This document shows positions 11,291 to 21,225 of a DNA stretch of 56,772 nt, one piece after another; positions within the stretch are counted from its first letter, which is position 1; each line of letters opens with the position of its first letter. This DNA is from Octopus sinensis. Lineage: Eukaryota. A program made the translations under genes and the position numbers. Under the pieces are notes generated by a model. It had not been told where the DNA came from, searched no databases, and saw only the letters and a list, made by a program, of their open reading frames with translations. The stretch is from positions 1 through 56,772 of the forward strand of contig NW_021833595.1 of assembly GCF_006345805.1 (NCBI RefSeq). Reading direction: 5' to 3'.

Positions 11291-13346
11291 CTAGCTCGGC
11301 AGCTCGCTTCGCTCACCGCGACGTAGCTCCTGCGGAGGGCCTGTTTCATCAAACAACTATAAGTTTATGTAGATGTATAAAACTACCTGGTTTAATGTAA
11401 CCCTATTCTATCGCCTGTTGATAAACGATGTTTGTCGTCCGTCCTTCCTTGGCATATATGAATAAATTTTCTCTTCTGCCTACCCTCGAGCATCCCACAT
11501 ACAGCTGTCCATGTGAAAAGCACTCACTCTCTAAAAATAACCCAACTACCTTTAATGACTGTCCCTGGGCCTTGTTTATTGTCATTGCACACTTTTTTTT
11601 TCATTTTTTGTGGTTTATTTTTTTTATATTAATTTTTTCATTTTTCCTTTGTAATTTCCTTTTTTTTCTTTTTTGTTTTTTACTGGCGGAAATGGGGCAG
11701 GGGAGATGCGGCAGGCGGAAATGCGGCAGGCAAGAAAGCGACACACAAAAAAGCGACACACAAAAAAGATTTAATTAATTACCTTATTAAGCTGACCGTT
11801 TTTTCTTCAGCCTCGTTTTTCCTCCTTCGGTTATCTATTTAAAAAATTATTTTTGAATAATAAAAAAGTTTAGGAAAAGAGGCATACCGAAAATAAATTC
11901 TATCTTTACAAAAAACTCAAGTAAATAGTTAATATTTACGCAAATTCTTCTGATTGCGCTGTCAATTGGTGGTAAATTGTGTTAATGGTTGTGCTAATGT
12001 GGTTTCAACTATCAAAGTGTTTTTCAAAATCTGTTAATTGCACACTCTATTCAAGGTCGTGCGTCAATTGGTGGTAAATTGTGTTAATGATTGTGCTAAT
12101 GTGGTTTCAACTATCAAAGTGGTTTTTCAAAATCTGTTAATTGCACACTCTATTCAAAGTCGTGCAATCTGTGATTGCACATTCTGTCAAAGTCAAATAT
12201 GATAATAGCTTTAATTTTGATTCATGGTCGATAATGATATATGCATTTAATTTTAAAGAGAAAAACATAGGATGAATTGAATTTTTTATCGCGAATAATT
12301 GGGAGTTCATCATTGTTAATATTCTCGCTGTCGTTTTCATCAAGGATATTCTTAATACGTGAGATTTTTGCCTTGAAGGTTTTAATGGACCTCATCATGA
12401 ATGTCGAGGACATTCGCGTTGTTCATTTTAATCAAAATGCAGAAAATATTTTTGATTTTTTGGGGGAAAGGTTTTAAGGACTTCATCATGTGAGTCGAGG
12501 ACATTGTAGTTGTTCATTTTAATCAAAATGCAGAAAATAATTTTTTGATTTTTTGGGGGAAAGGTTTTAAGGACTTCATCATGTAAGTTGAGGACATTGT
12601 AGTTGTTCATTTTAACCAAAATGCAGAAAATTTTTTTTTAATTTTTTTGGGGGGAAGGTTTTAAGGACTTCATCATGTAAGTTGAGGACATTGTAGTTGT
12701 TCATTTTAACCAAAATGCAGAAAATTTTTTTTAATTTTTTTGGGGGGGAAGGTTTTAAGGACTTCATCATGTAAGTCGAGGACGTTGTAGTTGTTCATTT
12801 TAACCAAAATGCAGAAAATTTTTTTTAATTTTTTGGGGGGGAAGGTTTTAAGGACTTCATCATGTAAGTCGAGGACATCGTAGTTGTTCATTTTAACCAA
12901 AATGCAGAAAATTTTTTTTTAATTTTTTTGGGGGGGAAGGTTTTAAGGACCTCATCATGTAAGTCGAGGACATCGTAGTTATTCATTTTAACCAAAATGC
13001 AGAAAATTTTTTTTTAATTTTTTTGGGGGGGAAGGTTTTTAGGACCTCATCATGTAAGTCGAGGACATCGTAGTTGTTCATTTTAACCAAAATGCAGAAA
13101 ATTTTTTTTAATTTTTTTTGGGGGGGAAGGTTTTAAGGACCTCATCATGTAAGTCGAGGACATCGTAGTTGTTCATTTTGACCAAAACGCAGAAAATTTT
13201 TTTTAATTTTTTTTGGGGGGGAAGGTTTTAAGGACCTCATCATGTAAGTCGAGGACATCGTATTGCCAATTTGAAGTTGGTGTGCACACACAGACAGACA
13301 GACACACAGACAGACAGACACACACCATACCATTTTATTATTAAGA
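11291..13346 (-). mobile_element. Non-autonomous Helitron copy 1 with internal satellite
   Basis: On the minus strand it starts TCTTAATAATAAAATGG + (CTGT)n and ends with GC hairpins + CTAG. Carries the Pif1 helicase tail [11 protein letters not shown]...[13 protein letters not shown] (11403-11585). Confidence 0.92.
12380..13265 (-). repeat. ~93-96 bp tandem satellite in Helitron copy 1 (~10 units)
   Basis: Repeated unit gatgtcctcgacttacatgatgaagtccttaaaaccttccccc...aaaatgaacaactac (minus strand); length varies mostly in the homopolymers. Confidence 0.95.
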
Positions 13347-14595
13347 CTAGCTCGGCAGCTCGCTTCGCTCACCGCGACCTAGCTCCTGCGGAGGGCCTGT
13401 TTCATCAACAACTATAGTTTATGTAGATGTATAAAACTACCTGGTTTAATGTAACCCTATTCTATCGCCTGTTGATAACGATGTTTGTCGTCCGTCCTTC
13501 CTTGGCATATATGAATAAATTTTCTCTTCTGCCTACCCTCGAGCATCCCACATACAGCTGTCCATGTGAAAAGCACTCACTCTCTAAAAATAACCCAACT
13601 ACCTTTAATGACTGTCCCTGGGCCTGTTTATTGTCATTGCAAAACTCTCCTCAAAGGAATTGCAGCCTTTTAAATCTAAATGGTAATTCATCAGAAATTA
13701 TCGGAATTCGTGGAATATAAACATCCTCACCTCAATACTTACCTGTTAATATCGTCGCCTCTATTACGTTAGCCATCAAATTTTTGATAACTAACCTCGT
13801 ACCGTTGCATAATTTAGGTGGCGCAAGATTTCGTAATAAAACCACTGGAACGCCTATCTTTAACCTTAAAAGATGATTCGGCATTCCAGAGGGATCTAAG
13901 GAGTTTAAAAATTCAATCCGGTTAAATTTGTAGAAAATAACAAAAAAAATAAAAAAACAAATAAAAATAAATAATTTAAAAACAAAAGAAATGAAAAAAC
14001 AAAAAAAACTTTAAAAATTTGTAAAAAAGTATAAACAAAAAAAATCTCTGCCGACACGGCAACAACCTGTCTAATTTTTTTAACAGCCAGTTAAGATAAT
14101 GCTTAAGAGTCTTTATAGTCCGGAGATTTAGCTTAGTGACCTTGATTAGACAAACCACTGGCGGAAATGGGGCAGCCGGAGATGCGGCAGGCAGAGTAGC
14201 AGCAGCCAAAAAAGCGACACACAAAAAAGATTTAATTACCTTAAGCTGACCGTTTTTTCTTCAGCTTCATTTTTCCTCCTTCGGTTATCTATTTAAAAAA
14301 TTATTTTTGAATAGTAAAAAATATTAGGAAAAAAGAGGCATACAGAAAATAAATTCTATCTTTACGAAAAACTTCTTTTCTTAAGGTCGTCTTCCCTCTT
14401 TCGGTTATCTATTGAAAAAATTATTTTTGAATAATAAAAAAATTTAGGAAAAGAGGCATACCGAAAAAAAATTCTATCTTCACGAAAAACTTAACTAAAT
14501 AGCTAATATTTTTACGCAAATTCTTCTGATTGCGCTGTCAATTGGTGGTAAATTGTGTTAATGATTGTGCTAATGTGGTTTCAACTATCAAAGTG

Positions 14596-15160
14596 TAATT
14601 AACAAATAGTTATTAACTAACTAAATTCCCGGCATCGTAAATGGAAACACAGTTTCCACGTACTATGGCCAAGGAAATCCTTTCGAAAAGCCACTTGGAC
14701 TCGCGTGGGTCTCCCCGTTTATGGGAGATCATGCGGCCAAGCTTTTTTAGAAAGGAAAGAGACTTTTCGCCGATGACGCCGGAAGTCTCGACGGCGATGG
14801 GAGTGAACAGATACCGTTCAGAGAGCTCCTTGTACTTTCCAATCTTCATCTTCTCGGTTTTGCGAGAGACTGAGCCAGGCTCGACAGCTGAAGAAGGAAG
14901 GTTGAGCTCCGAGAAAGTGTCTGAACACGTCGCATCCCATAACAGAGACTTGCCGAACTCAAACGGGAAAGTCGATAGGCCGTCGGGTCTTTTTCCGTCT
15001 CCCCTCGCAAGCCCGACGGGTTCGAGGATTGATGGGATCCCAGCGGCCGTGAGCCCCCTCTGAATAACGTCGTTAAGTGCTGCATGGCGTGGTGCGCGCC
15101 CTGCACTGCGACGACAGGAAGGGGATGTAGACCAAACGGTCAATGACAGCACCACAACGA
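14596..15160 (-). mobile_element. 5'-truncated CRE-clade RLE retrotransposon inserted in Helitron copy 2
   Basis: Motifs RHAALND...DGKRPDG...LLWDATCSD...PIAVETSG...LAIVRGN; 7-bp TSD caaagtg (14589-14595, 15161-15167). The empty site is seen in copies 1 and 3. Confidence 0.92.
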
Positions 15161-15529
15161 CAAAGTGTTTTTCAAAATCAGTTAATTGCACACTCTATTC
15201 AAGGTCGTGCGTCAATTGGTGGTAAATTGTGTTAATGATTGTGCTAATGTGGTTTTAACTATCAAAGTGGTTTTTCAAAATCTGTTAATTGCACACTCTA
15301 TTCAAAGTCGTGCAATCTGTGATTGCACATTCTGTCAAAGTCAAATATGATAATAGCTTTAATTTTGATTCATGGTCGATAATGATATATGCATTTAATT
15401 TTAAAGAGAAAAACATAGGATGAATTGAATTTCTTTATCGCGAATAATTGGGAGTTCATCATTGTTAATATTCTCGCTGTCGTTTTCATCAAGGATATTC
15501 TTAATACGTGAGATTTTTGCCTTGAAGGT

Positions 15530-16605
15530 TTTAATGGACCTCATCATAAATGTCGAGGACATTCGCGTTGTTCATTTTAATCAAAATGCAGAAAATAATT
15601 TTTTGATTTTTTGGGGGGAAGGTTTTAAGGACTTCATCATGTAAGTCGAGGACATTGTAGTTGTTCATTTTAACCAAAATGCAGAAAATTTTTTTTTAAT
15701 TTTTTTGGGGGGAAGGTTTTAAGGACTTCATCATGTAAGTTGAGGACATTGTAGTTGTTCATTTTAACCAAAATGCAGAAAATTTTTTTTTAATTTTTTT
15801 GGGGGGGAAGGTTTTAAGGACTTCATCATGTAAGTCGAGGACATTGTAGTTGTTCATTTTAACCAAAATGCAGAAAATTTTTTTAAATTTTTTTTGGGGG
15901 GAAGGTTTTAAGGACTTCATCATGTAAGTCGAGGACATTGTAGTTGTTCATTTTAACCAAAATGCAGAAATTTTTTTTAAATTTTTTTTGGGGGGAAGGT
16001 TTTAAGGACTTCATCATGTAAGTCGAGGACATTGTAGTTGTTCATTTTAACCAAAATGCAGAAATTTTTTTTTAATTTTTTTGGGGGGAAGGTTTTAAGG
16101 ACTTCATCATGTAAGTCGAGGACATTGTAGTTGTTCATTTTAACCAAAATGCAGAAAATTTTTTTTTAATTTTTTTTGGGGGGAAGGTTTTAAGGACTTC
16201 ATCATGTAAGTCGAGGACATCGTAGTTGTTCATTTTAACCAAAATGCAGAAAATTTTTTTAAATTTTTTTTGGGGGGGAAGGTTTTAAGGACTTCATCAT
16301 GTAAGTCGAGGACATTGTAGTTGTTCATTTTAACCAAAATGCAGAAAATTTTTTTTTAATTTTTTTGGGGGGAAGGTTTTAAGGACTTCATCATGTAAGT
16401 CGAGGACATTGTAGTTGTTCATTTTAACCAAAATGCAGAAAATTTTTTTTTAATTTTTTTGGGGGGGAAGGTTTTAAGGACTTCATCATGTAAGTCGAGG
16501 ACATTGTAGTTGTTCATTTTAACCAAAATGCAGAAATTTTTTTTTTAATTTTTTTGGGGGGGAAGGTTTTAAGGACCTCATCATGTAAGTCGAGGACATC
16601 GTATT
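15530..16605 (-). repeat. ~93-96 bp tandem satellite in Helitron copy 2 (~12 units)
   Basis: Same unit as 12380-13265. Confidence 0.95.
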
Positions 16606-17929
16606 GCCAATTTGAAGTTGGTGTGCACACACAGACAGACACACACCATACCATTTTATTATTAAGATTACATCTTCAAATGTTTTCAAAGCACCAGAGT
16701 GCAGTTTTTCTTTTAAAATAAACTTGATATTATACTTTCTACTGCGCAGAAAAAAATTTCGCTGCGCAGCAAGGTGCAAACTGCTGCGCGGCCGCGCACG
16801 CGCGCAGCTTAGAGGGAACACTGCTTCTGACAATTGACTGTTTTGAGAGCTGAAGCTCTTTGATGCAATTTGAAATTTCCTGTTTATTTTTCATACCATC
16901 AAATAGTGAATCGGCAGCTTCCAAAAAACAAGATTTTAAAATTTCCCCATCAGTGAAAGGTTTTTTGTGTTTTACGAGGAGACGAGTCACTCGCAATGAT
17001 GCAATTGTTGCAGATCTGGACGAATTAATAAACTTTTTCAAAATTGTATGTTGTGAAAAAAAAGATTTTTTTAATTGTTCAACTTTCTCTTCCCGTAATA
17101 AGGAATTTAAAAAAAAGTGTTTGTTGAACTCGGGATGTAAAGAATTAAAATGCCGACAAAGATTTCCCCTTTTTGGAAATGAAATGATTTTATTGCATAG
17201 CATACATGTGCATTTTTCCATGTGCATCGTAAAAATATAGTCTTTTTCCCATTTGGCATTAAATTTATATGATTTGGACTTTTTGTTACACCTCATAACA
17301 AGACACGTGAAAAATACTTACTTTAATATTGATAAATATTTTTTTTATAATAATTTAAATACAAAAAAAATAATTAGCAATTTATATATCGAGCGATCGA
17401 CCACGAAACATGCCGCGATCGACCGGTTGGCCACCCCTGCTCTAGGGTGACTACCAATAAATATACAAAAATACTGGGCTAATATCCACTGAAATGCCGA
17501 GTTTTCTCCAGATCCCATTATCGTGCAGCAATTTGTAAGGTCTACAACGGTAAAGGAATCAATTGTATTTAATTTGTTAGTCCAACAATTTATTACAGCT
17601 TTCGTTGGGAGTATTCGCATCTTGAATTACTCTGCTATCTGCAGCAAGAATAACCCCTCCAAGATAGGGTATGGTCACCACTGTTGTCATACTTATATGA
17701 TTCTAAGACGAAATTAGAAAATTCAAAGCTACCATTCGAAACATTTTTATCAATTTAGCACGTTGGTATATTCATAAATACAGCGATACAAATAAAAAAC
17801 GGAACAGCCAATTTCTCAATTTCTTTCTATATAATGCTTAATTTCTTTTAATAAAAAATCGAATTTCAAGCTATAATCTTAACTTTTGCACCAAATTTTT
17901 TTCAAACAAAATAAAAAAGAGAACAATGG

Positions 17930-18045
17930 TAGTTCAAAATTTAGTATGACCCCCCTGAGCATTAATTGCGTCTAAAATTCTGTTCCGCATTGTTCCAACA
18001 AGGGATGTCGCATATTCTATTGAAAGATCATTCCAAATATTTTGA
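17930..18045 (-). mobile_element. Tc1 transposase C-terminal remnant
   Basis: IWNDLSIEYATSLVGTMRNRILDAINAQGGHTKF* matches the Tc1 SMP.R...VI.A.GG.TKY tail. Confidence 0.65.
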
Positions 18046-18659
18046 AAGATCATTGTATCACTTTAATCGCGCCGTAGGGTTTATAACCACATCAAAGACG
18101 GTAGAATATGAAATTGTAGTATGGTTTTAAGAAATAAGATCAAAGAAAAATTTATTCTCGCAAAATGGAGTTAGGTGGATTTTTTTAAATTTAATTCGTC
18201 AAAAAGACTGGAATTTAGGCTAAACATCTGTTTTTAGATCACTATTGTTCAAAATACAATAATTCAGTTTTGTACTATTGGATTAAAACAACTTTTTAAT
18301 CAGATTTTATAAATTTTTCAGTTCCATCATTATGTTATAAAGAATAAAGCCATGTTCTTCATCTTTATTAGTTTAGCCCCCTTACTTATTTAGTTTAATT
18401 ATTTTTAAATTTTGTGCAAATAAAATTTTTATTGATTATTCAGTTACTCGTTAAATTCAGTTAATCGCCATCTTTTGGCTTGGTCCAAAATTTGATAAGT
18501 AAACGGGGTTTGACTTTATTCATATTCTAAAATTTTAAACACTTCGCAGATGTATGAAAAATAGATTATTCTTTACTCAAGATAATGCCATGAAAATAAA
18601 ACTTTAATGATATGAAATTAGACAAACATAAAGTGGTCAGTTTGTTAGACAAGAGCTTA

Positions 18660-19800
18660 GAAATTTTTATTATCAAATAAGCCATTGACCTTATCAGGAG
18701 AGCTTTTGGAAGTCCCAGGAATCTCCTTCATAGTTGAACCCACTGGGATCGATTGGGGAGATGGGAAGAAACAGGACTGTGTCACTGTGTTTTCTTTCAA
18801 CAGAGGAAACACATTTATTGTAAACCGCCCCTGGATAAATCGCCACAATTTTTTAATGCAAAAAGATGCGTAAGTACTTTTCACTTGTGGAGATCCCGTG
18901 AGGCCAATACGATGTCATCCTCATAAAATAGGATGAAATCATTATTGTCGTTAGGGGGCGGAAGATCTTCCAGGAAGAAGTTGAAAAGGGCCGAGGATAA
19001 AGAGAATCCCTGAGGTACTCTGTTGGGCAGAAGATGATACGTAGACTTCAGGCCTCCAAGTCAATTTGAGCTTCCCTGGAAATATCTTCTTTGATAGAAT
19101 TCTCCTTGAGACAAAGTCAAAGACTTTGTTTATAGCGACAGAAAAAAGGAAACTTTTAAAGTGTTTCGGTTTGCTTGCAAATCTAGTAAGAATGAAATCC
19201 GTGAATGTTTTTAAGCATGTAGACGCGGACTTCTCTTTAAACCTACATTGAAAAGACTTTTACGGTAAAAATTCTTTTATTCTTCCAAGAACCATAAACC
19301 AATCTGAAAAATGCAGAGTCGTTTCTTTATAAATGGCTGTGTCCATAATGACGGTATCACATTTGGGTTTATCGAAGTATCCAACACCTCTCATCGAAAA
19401 AAGAAAAGGTGCTGACCGTTTCTTCTGTTTGAGGGTAGTGTGTTGGATTTTTTCTCCTCCTTATGTGATATTTTTGCATAGAACTTTATCAGGTTATTCA
19501 ACCCTTTTGAATATATTCCTCTGCAGATGCAGTTTAATTGCTCTTTGCCGCGTGCCGAATGGTTTTCCACATTTGTCACATTGATCGATTTCAGTTTACA
19601 GTTTTAAGAACCCGATTCAATTTCAAACACTTGAAACACTTTATTCTTAATCCGGTATTCAATGTTCTGATATAGATCATCATGTCTGAAGTCATTCGTT
19701 GAATTTCTCGAGACGATTTCTTTCCTTGGCCAAGGCAGAGCTCCTTCGATCAGTAGCAGCATGCCGTTGGTATAGCATCTTCTTGCTTCCAGAATTATCT
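18660..19800 (-). pseudogene. Decayed LINE reverse transcriptase
   Basis: VAINKVFDFV (motif A-like) and RVPQGFSLSSALFNFFLEDLP...ILFYEDDIVL (motifs B and C); many disablements. Confidence 0.7.
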
Positions 19801-19890
19801 TTTTAAGTACCTAATAACCGTGTCCAGAGAGTTAAAGTTGATTAGATGACAATTCTTTATTTTTATAAAGTTGGAAGAGTATTAACTAAC

Positions 19891-21134
19891 CAGAGGTTTC
19901 CAAATGGGGAGGCGCGCCTCCCTAGGGAGGCGTTGACTCGTGTCAAGGGAGGCGCGAAAAGTATTTCAGAAACATTTTTTAGAAAATTATATCTATGTAA
20001 AAAACGTGACTATATTCCGATAATAAAGTTATTAATTTAAAAATTATATTTTTCAAAAATTTATTTAATTTATTAGACAATTAAATAATTTTAACACATG
20101 AATAAATTCTTGAGTGGTTGCAAAAGAAAATTCACGAATAATAAAGATTTTGACGATGGTTCAAAAAATCAAAATGATTGGAATATAATCAATACCACTC
20201 CAAAGACAAGAAAATACTTTCCATCTTACTTATTGTTAGGATTCACACGTATCTTTGTTGATTCTATGGAAAAACCCCTCTGTTTGCTTTGCCTCAAAAC
20301 ACTTGCAGCAGATAGTATGAGGCCATGCAAATTAAGAAGACATTTTGAAACGATGCATTCTGAACATGTCCATAAGTCTGAAGAATTTTTTAAAAGAAAA
20401 TTAGAAGAGTTTGATAACCAAACGAAATCGTATTATGGAAATCAAATAAAAGCATTTATGAAAAAATTGGTATTATGGAAATCAAATATACAAAAAAATA
20501 TCTATGACATGTTTCCACTTTTAAAACACTTTTGCGCCATAGTGAACATTGAAGCAAACAAAGACATATTTGCTGAACATTTGGATTGTTTGTTGAAGCA
20601 TTTTGCTCACTATTTTAAAGATCTCGACTGTAAAATGTTCGAATGGATACAGAATCCATTTATTGATGAAGAAGATAATCAATTTGCATTGACAACTTTT
20701 GAAAAAGAAAAATTGATAGAATTGTCATGCGATACATTATTGAAACAAAAATTTGAGAGAGAACCGCTAATTTCTTTTTGGTTGAATGTAAGAACGGAAT
20801 ATGAAATTTTGTCGAATAAAGCAATGAAAGTTTTGTTGCCATTTGCTACTTCATATTTATGCGAAACTGGATTTTCTGCACTAGCTGCAATTAAATCTAA
20901 ATATCGAACTCGTTTAGTAGTGACTAATGAGCTAAGAGTAGCACTCTCTGCGATGACACCAAGATTTGAAAAACTTTGCGCCAAGATGGAAAAAAAATTA
21001 TCTCATTAACTTTTTGTTTTAAAAAATTGTTTTTGATAAAAATAAATTGTATTATATTATGGAATATAAAGGGAGGCGCAAGATTGTACTTTTTCTCTAA
21101 GGGAGGCGCGTAAAAAAAAGCTTGGAAACCTCTG
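19891..21134 (+). mobile_element. Internally deleted Buster-like hAT element
   Basis: TIR cagaggtttccaa / ttggaaacctctg; flanks aactaac(c) duplicated; near-identical to the ends of 26082-28275. Confidence 0.95.
20098..21009 (+). CDS. 303-aa in-frame deletion derivative of Buster-like transposase (zinc finger + C-terminal dimerisation domain, most of catalytic core missing)
   Basis: Uninterrupted ORF joining PLCLLC...LRRHFETMH to LPFATSYLCETGFS. The segment corresponding to ~26624-27585 of the long copy is absent. Confidence 0.75.
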   Translation: MNKFLSGCKRKFTNNKDFDDGSKNQNDWNIINTTPKTRKYFPSYLLLGFTRIFVDSMEKPLCLLCLKTLAADSMRPCKLRRHFETMHSEHVHKSEEFFKRKLEEFDNQTKSYYGNQIKAFMKKLVLWKSNIQKNIYDMFPLLKHFCAIVNIEANKDIFAEHLDCLLKHFAHYFKDLDCKMFEWIQNPFIDEEDNQFALTTFEKEKLIELSCDTLLKQKFEREPLISFWLNVRTEYEILSNKAMKVLLPFATSYLCETGFSALAAIKSKYRTRLVVTNELRVALSAMTPRFEKLCAKMEKKLSH

Positions 21135-21225
21135 AACTAACCCGAGGGATTATCAAACCGTGAGATATGAACTATGTGTAAGAACATTAGTAGAATGGCT
21201 TACAAGTTGAATTAATAATCAAATA

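Larger units (their letters stand above)
13347..16667 (-). mobile_element. Non-autonomous Helitron copy 2, fused head-to-tail to copy 1
   Basis: Same termini as copy 1. Longer helicase remnant at 13450-13918 ([41 protein letters not shown]). Outer flanks give an A|T target (11290/16668). Confidence 0.92.
10883..16823 (-). mobile_element. Non-autonomous hAT element (ZNF862-like C-terminus), ~564 bp without the Helitrons
   Basis: TIR cagtgttccctctaag / cttagagggaacactg; 8-bp TSD cttctgac (10875-10882, 16824-16831). Retains the hAT dimerisation motif SSADAERGFSLMNCIKTKLRNRL. Confidence 0.92.
9419..17439 (-). mobile_element. hAT DNA transposon (Charlie/SPIN, GTF2IRD2-like transposase), ~2.07 kb without nested inserts
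   Basis: TIR caggggtggcca / tggccacccctg; 8-bp TSD ctctaggg (9411-9418, 17440-17447). Transposase pieces at 17296-16832 (C..C..H..H zinc finger) and 10875-9524 (FDES, KDGAPAM, HCIIHQ, DIRWLS, FGSTYLSETSFS), with frameshifts. Confidence 0.95.
9236..17744 (-). pseudogene. Divergent proteasome beta-subunit-like (Ntn-hydrolase) gene, internally deleted and split by a nested TE stack
   Basis: The 5' part (17690 downward) reads MTTVVTIPYLGGVILAADSRVIQDANTPNESCNK, placing Thr1, Asp17 and Lys33 exactly. A frameshift leads to KLNTIDS...TIMGSG. Removing 9419-17439 plus one TSD copy rejoins HPRVSITKNEAIKLANDPIKHAAQKDQITGGLSQ|IHTISLFG (cf. [22 protein letters not shown]). Candidate introns at 17703-17732, 17451-17474 and 9292-9317. 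Confidence 0.75.

Noticed and set aside
14613-15191. RLE-only ORFs as domesticated stand-alone nucleases
   Set aside because: TSDs, tails and variable 5' ends are explained by ordinary 5' truncation, and no native starts are present.
12380-16605. Regular repeats as a CRISPR array
   Set aside because: The units are contiguous with no unique spacers, no cas genes are present, and the context is eukaryotic.
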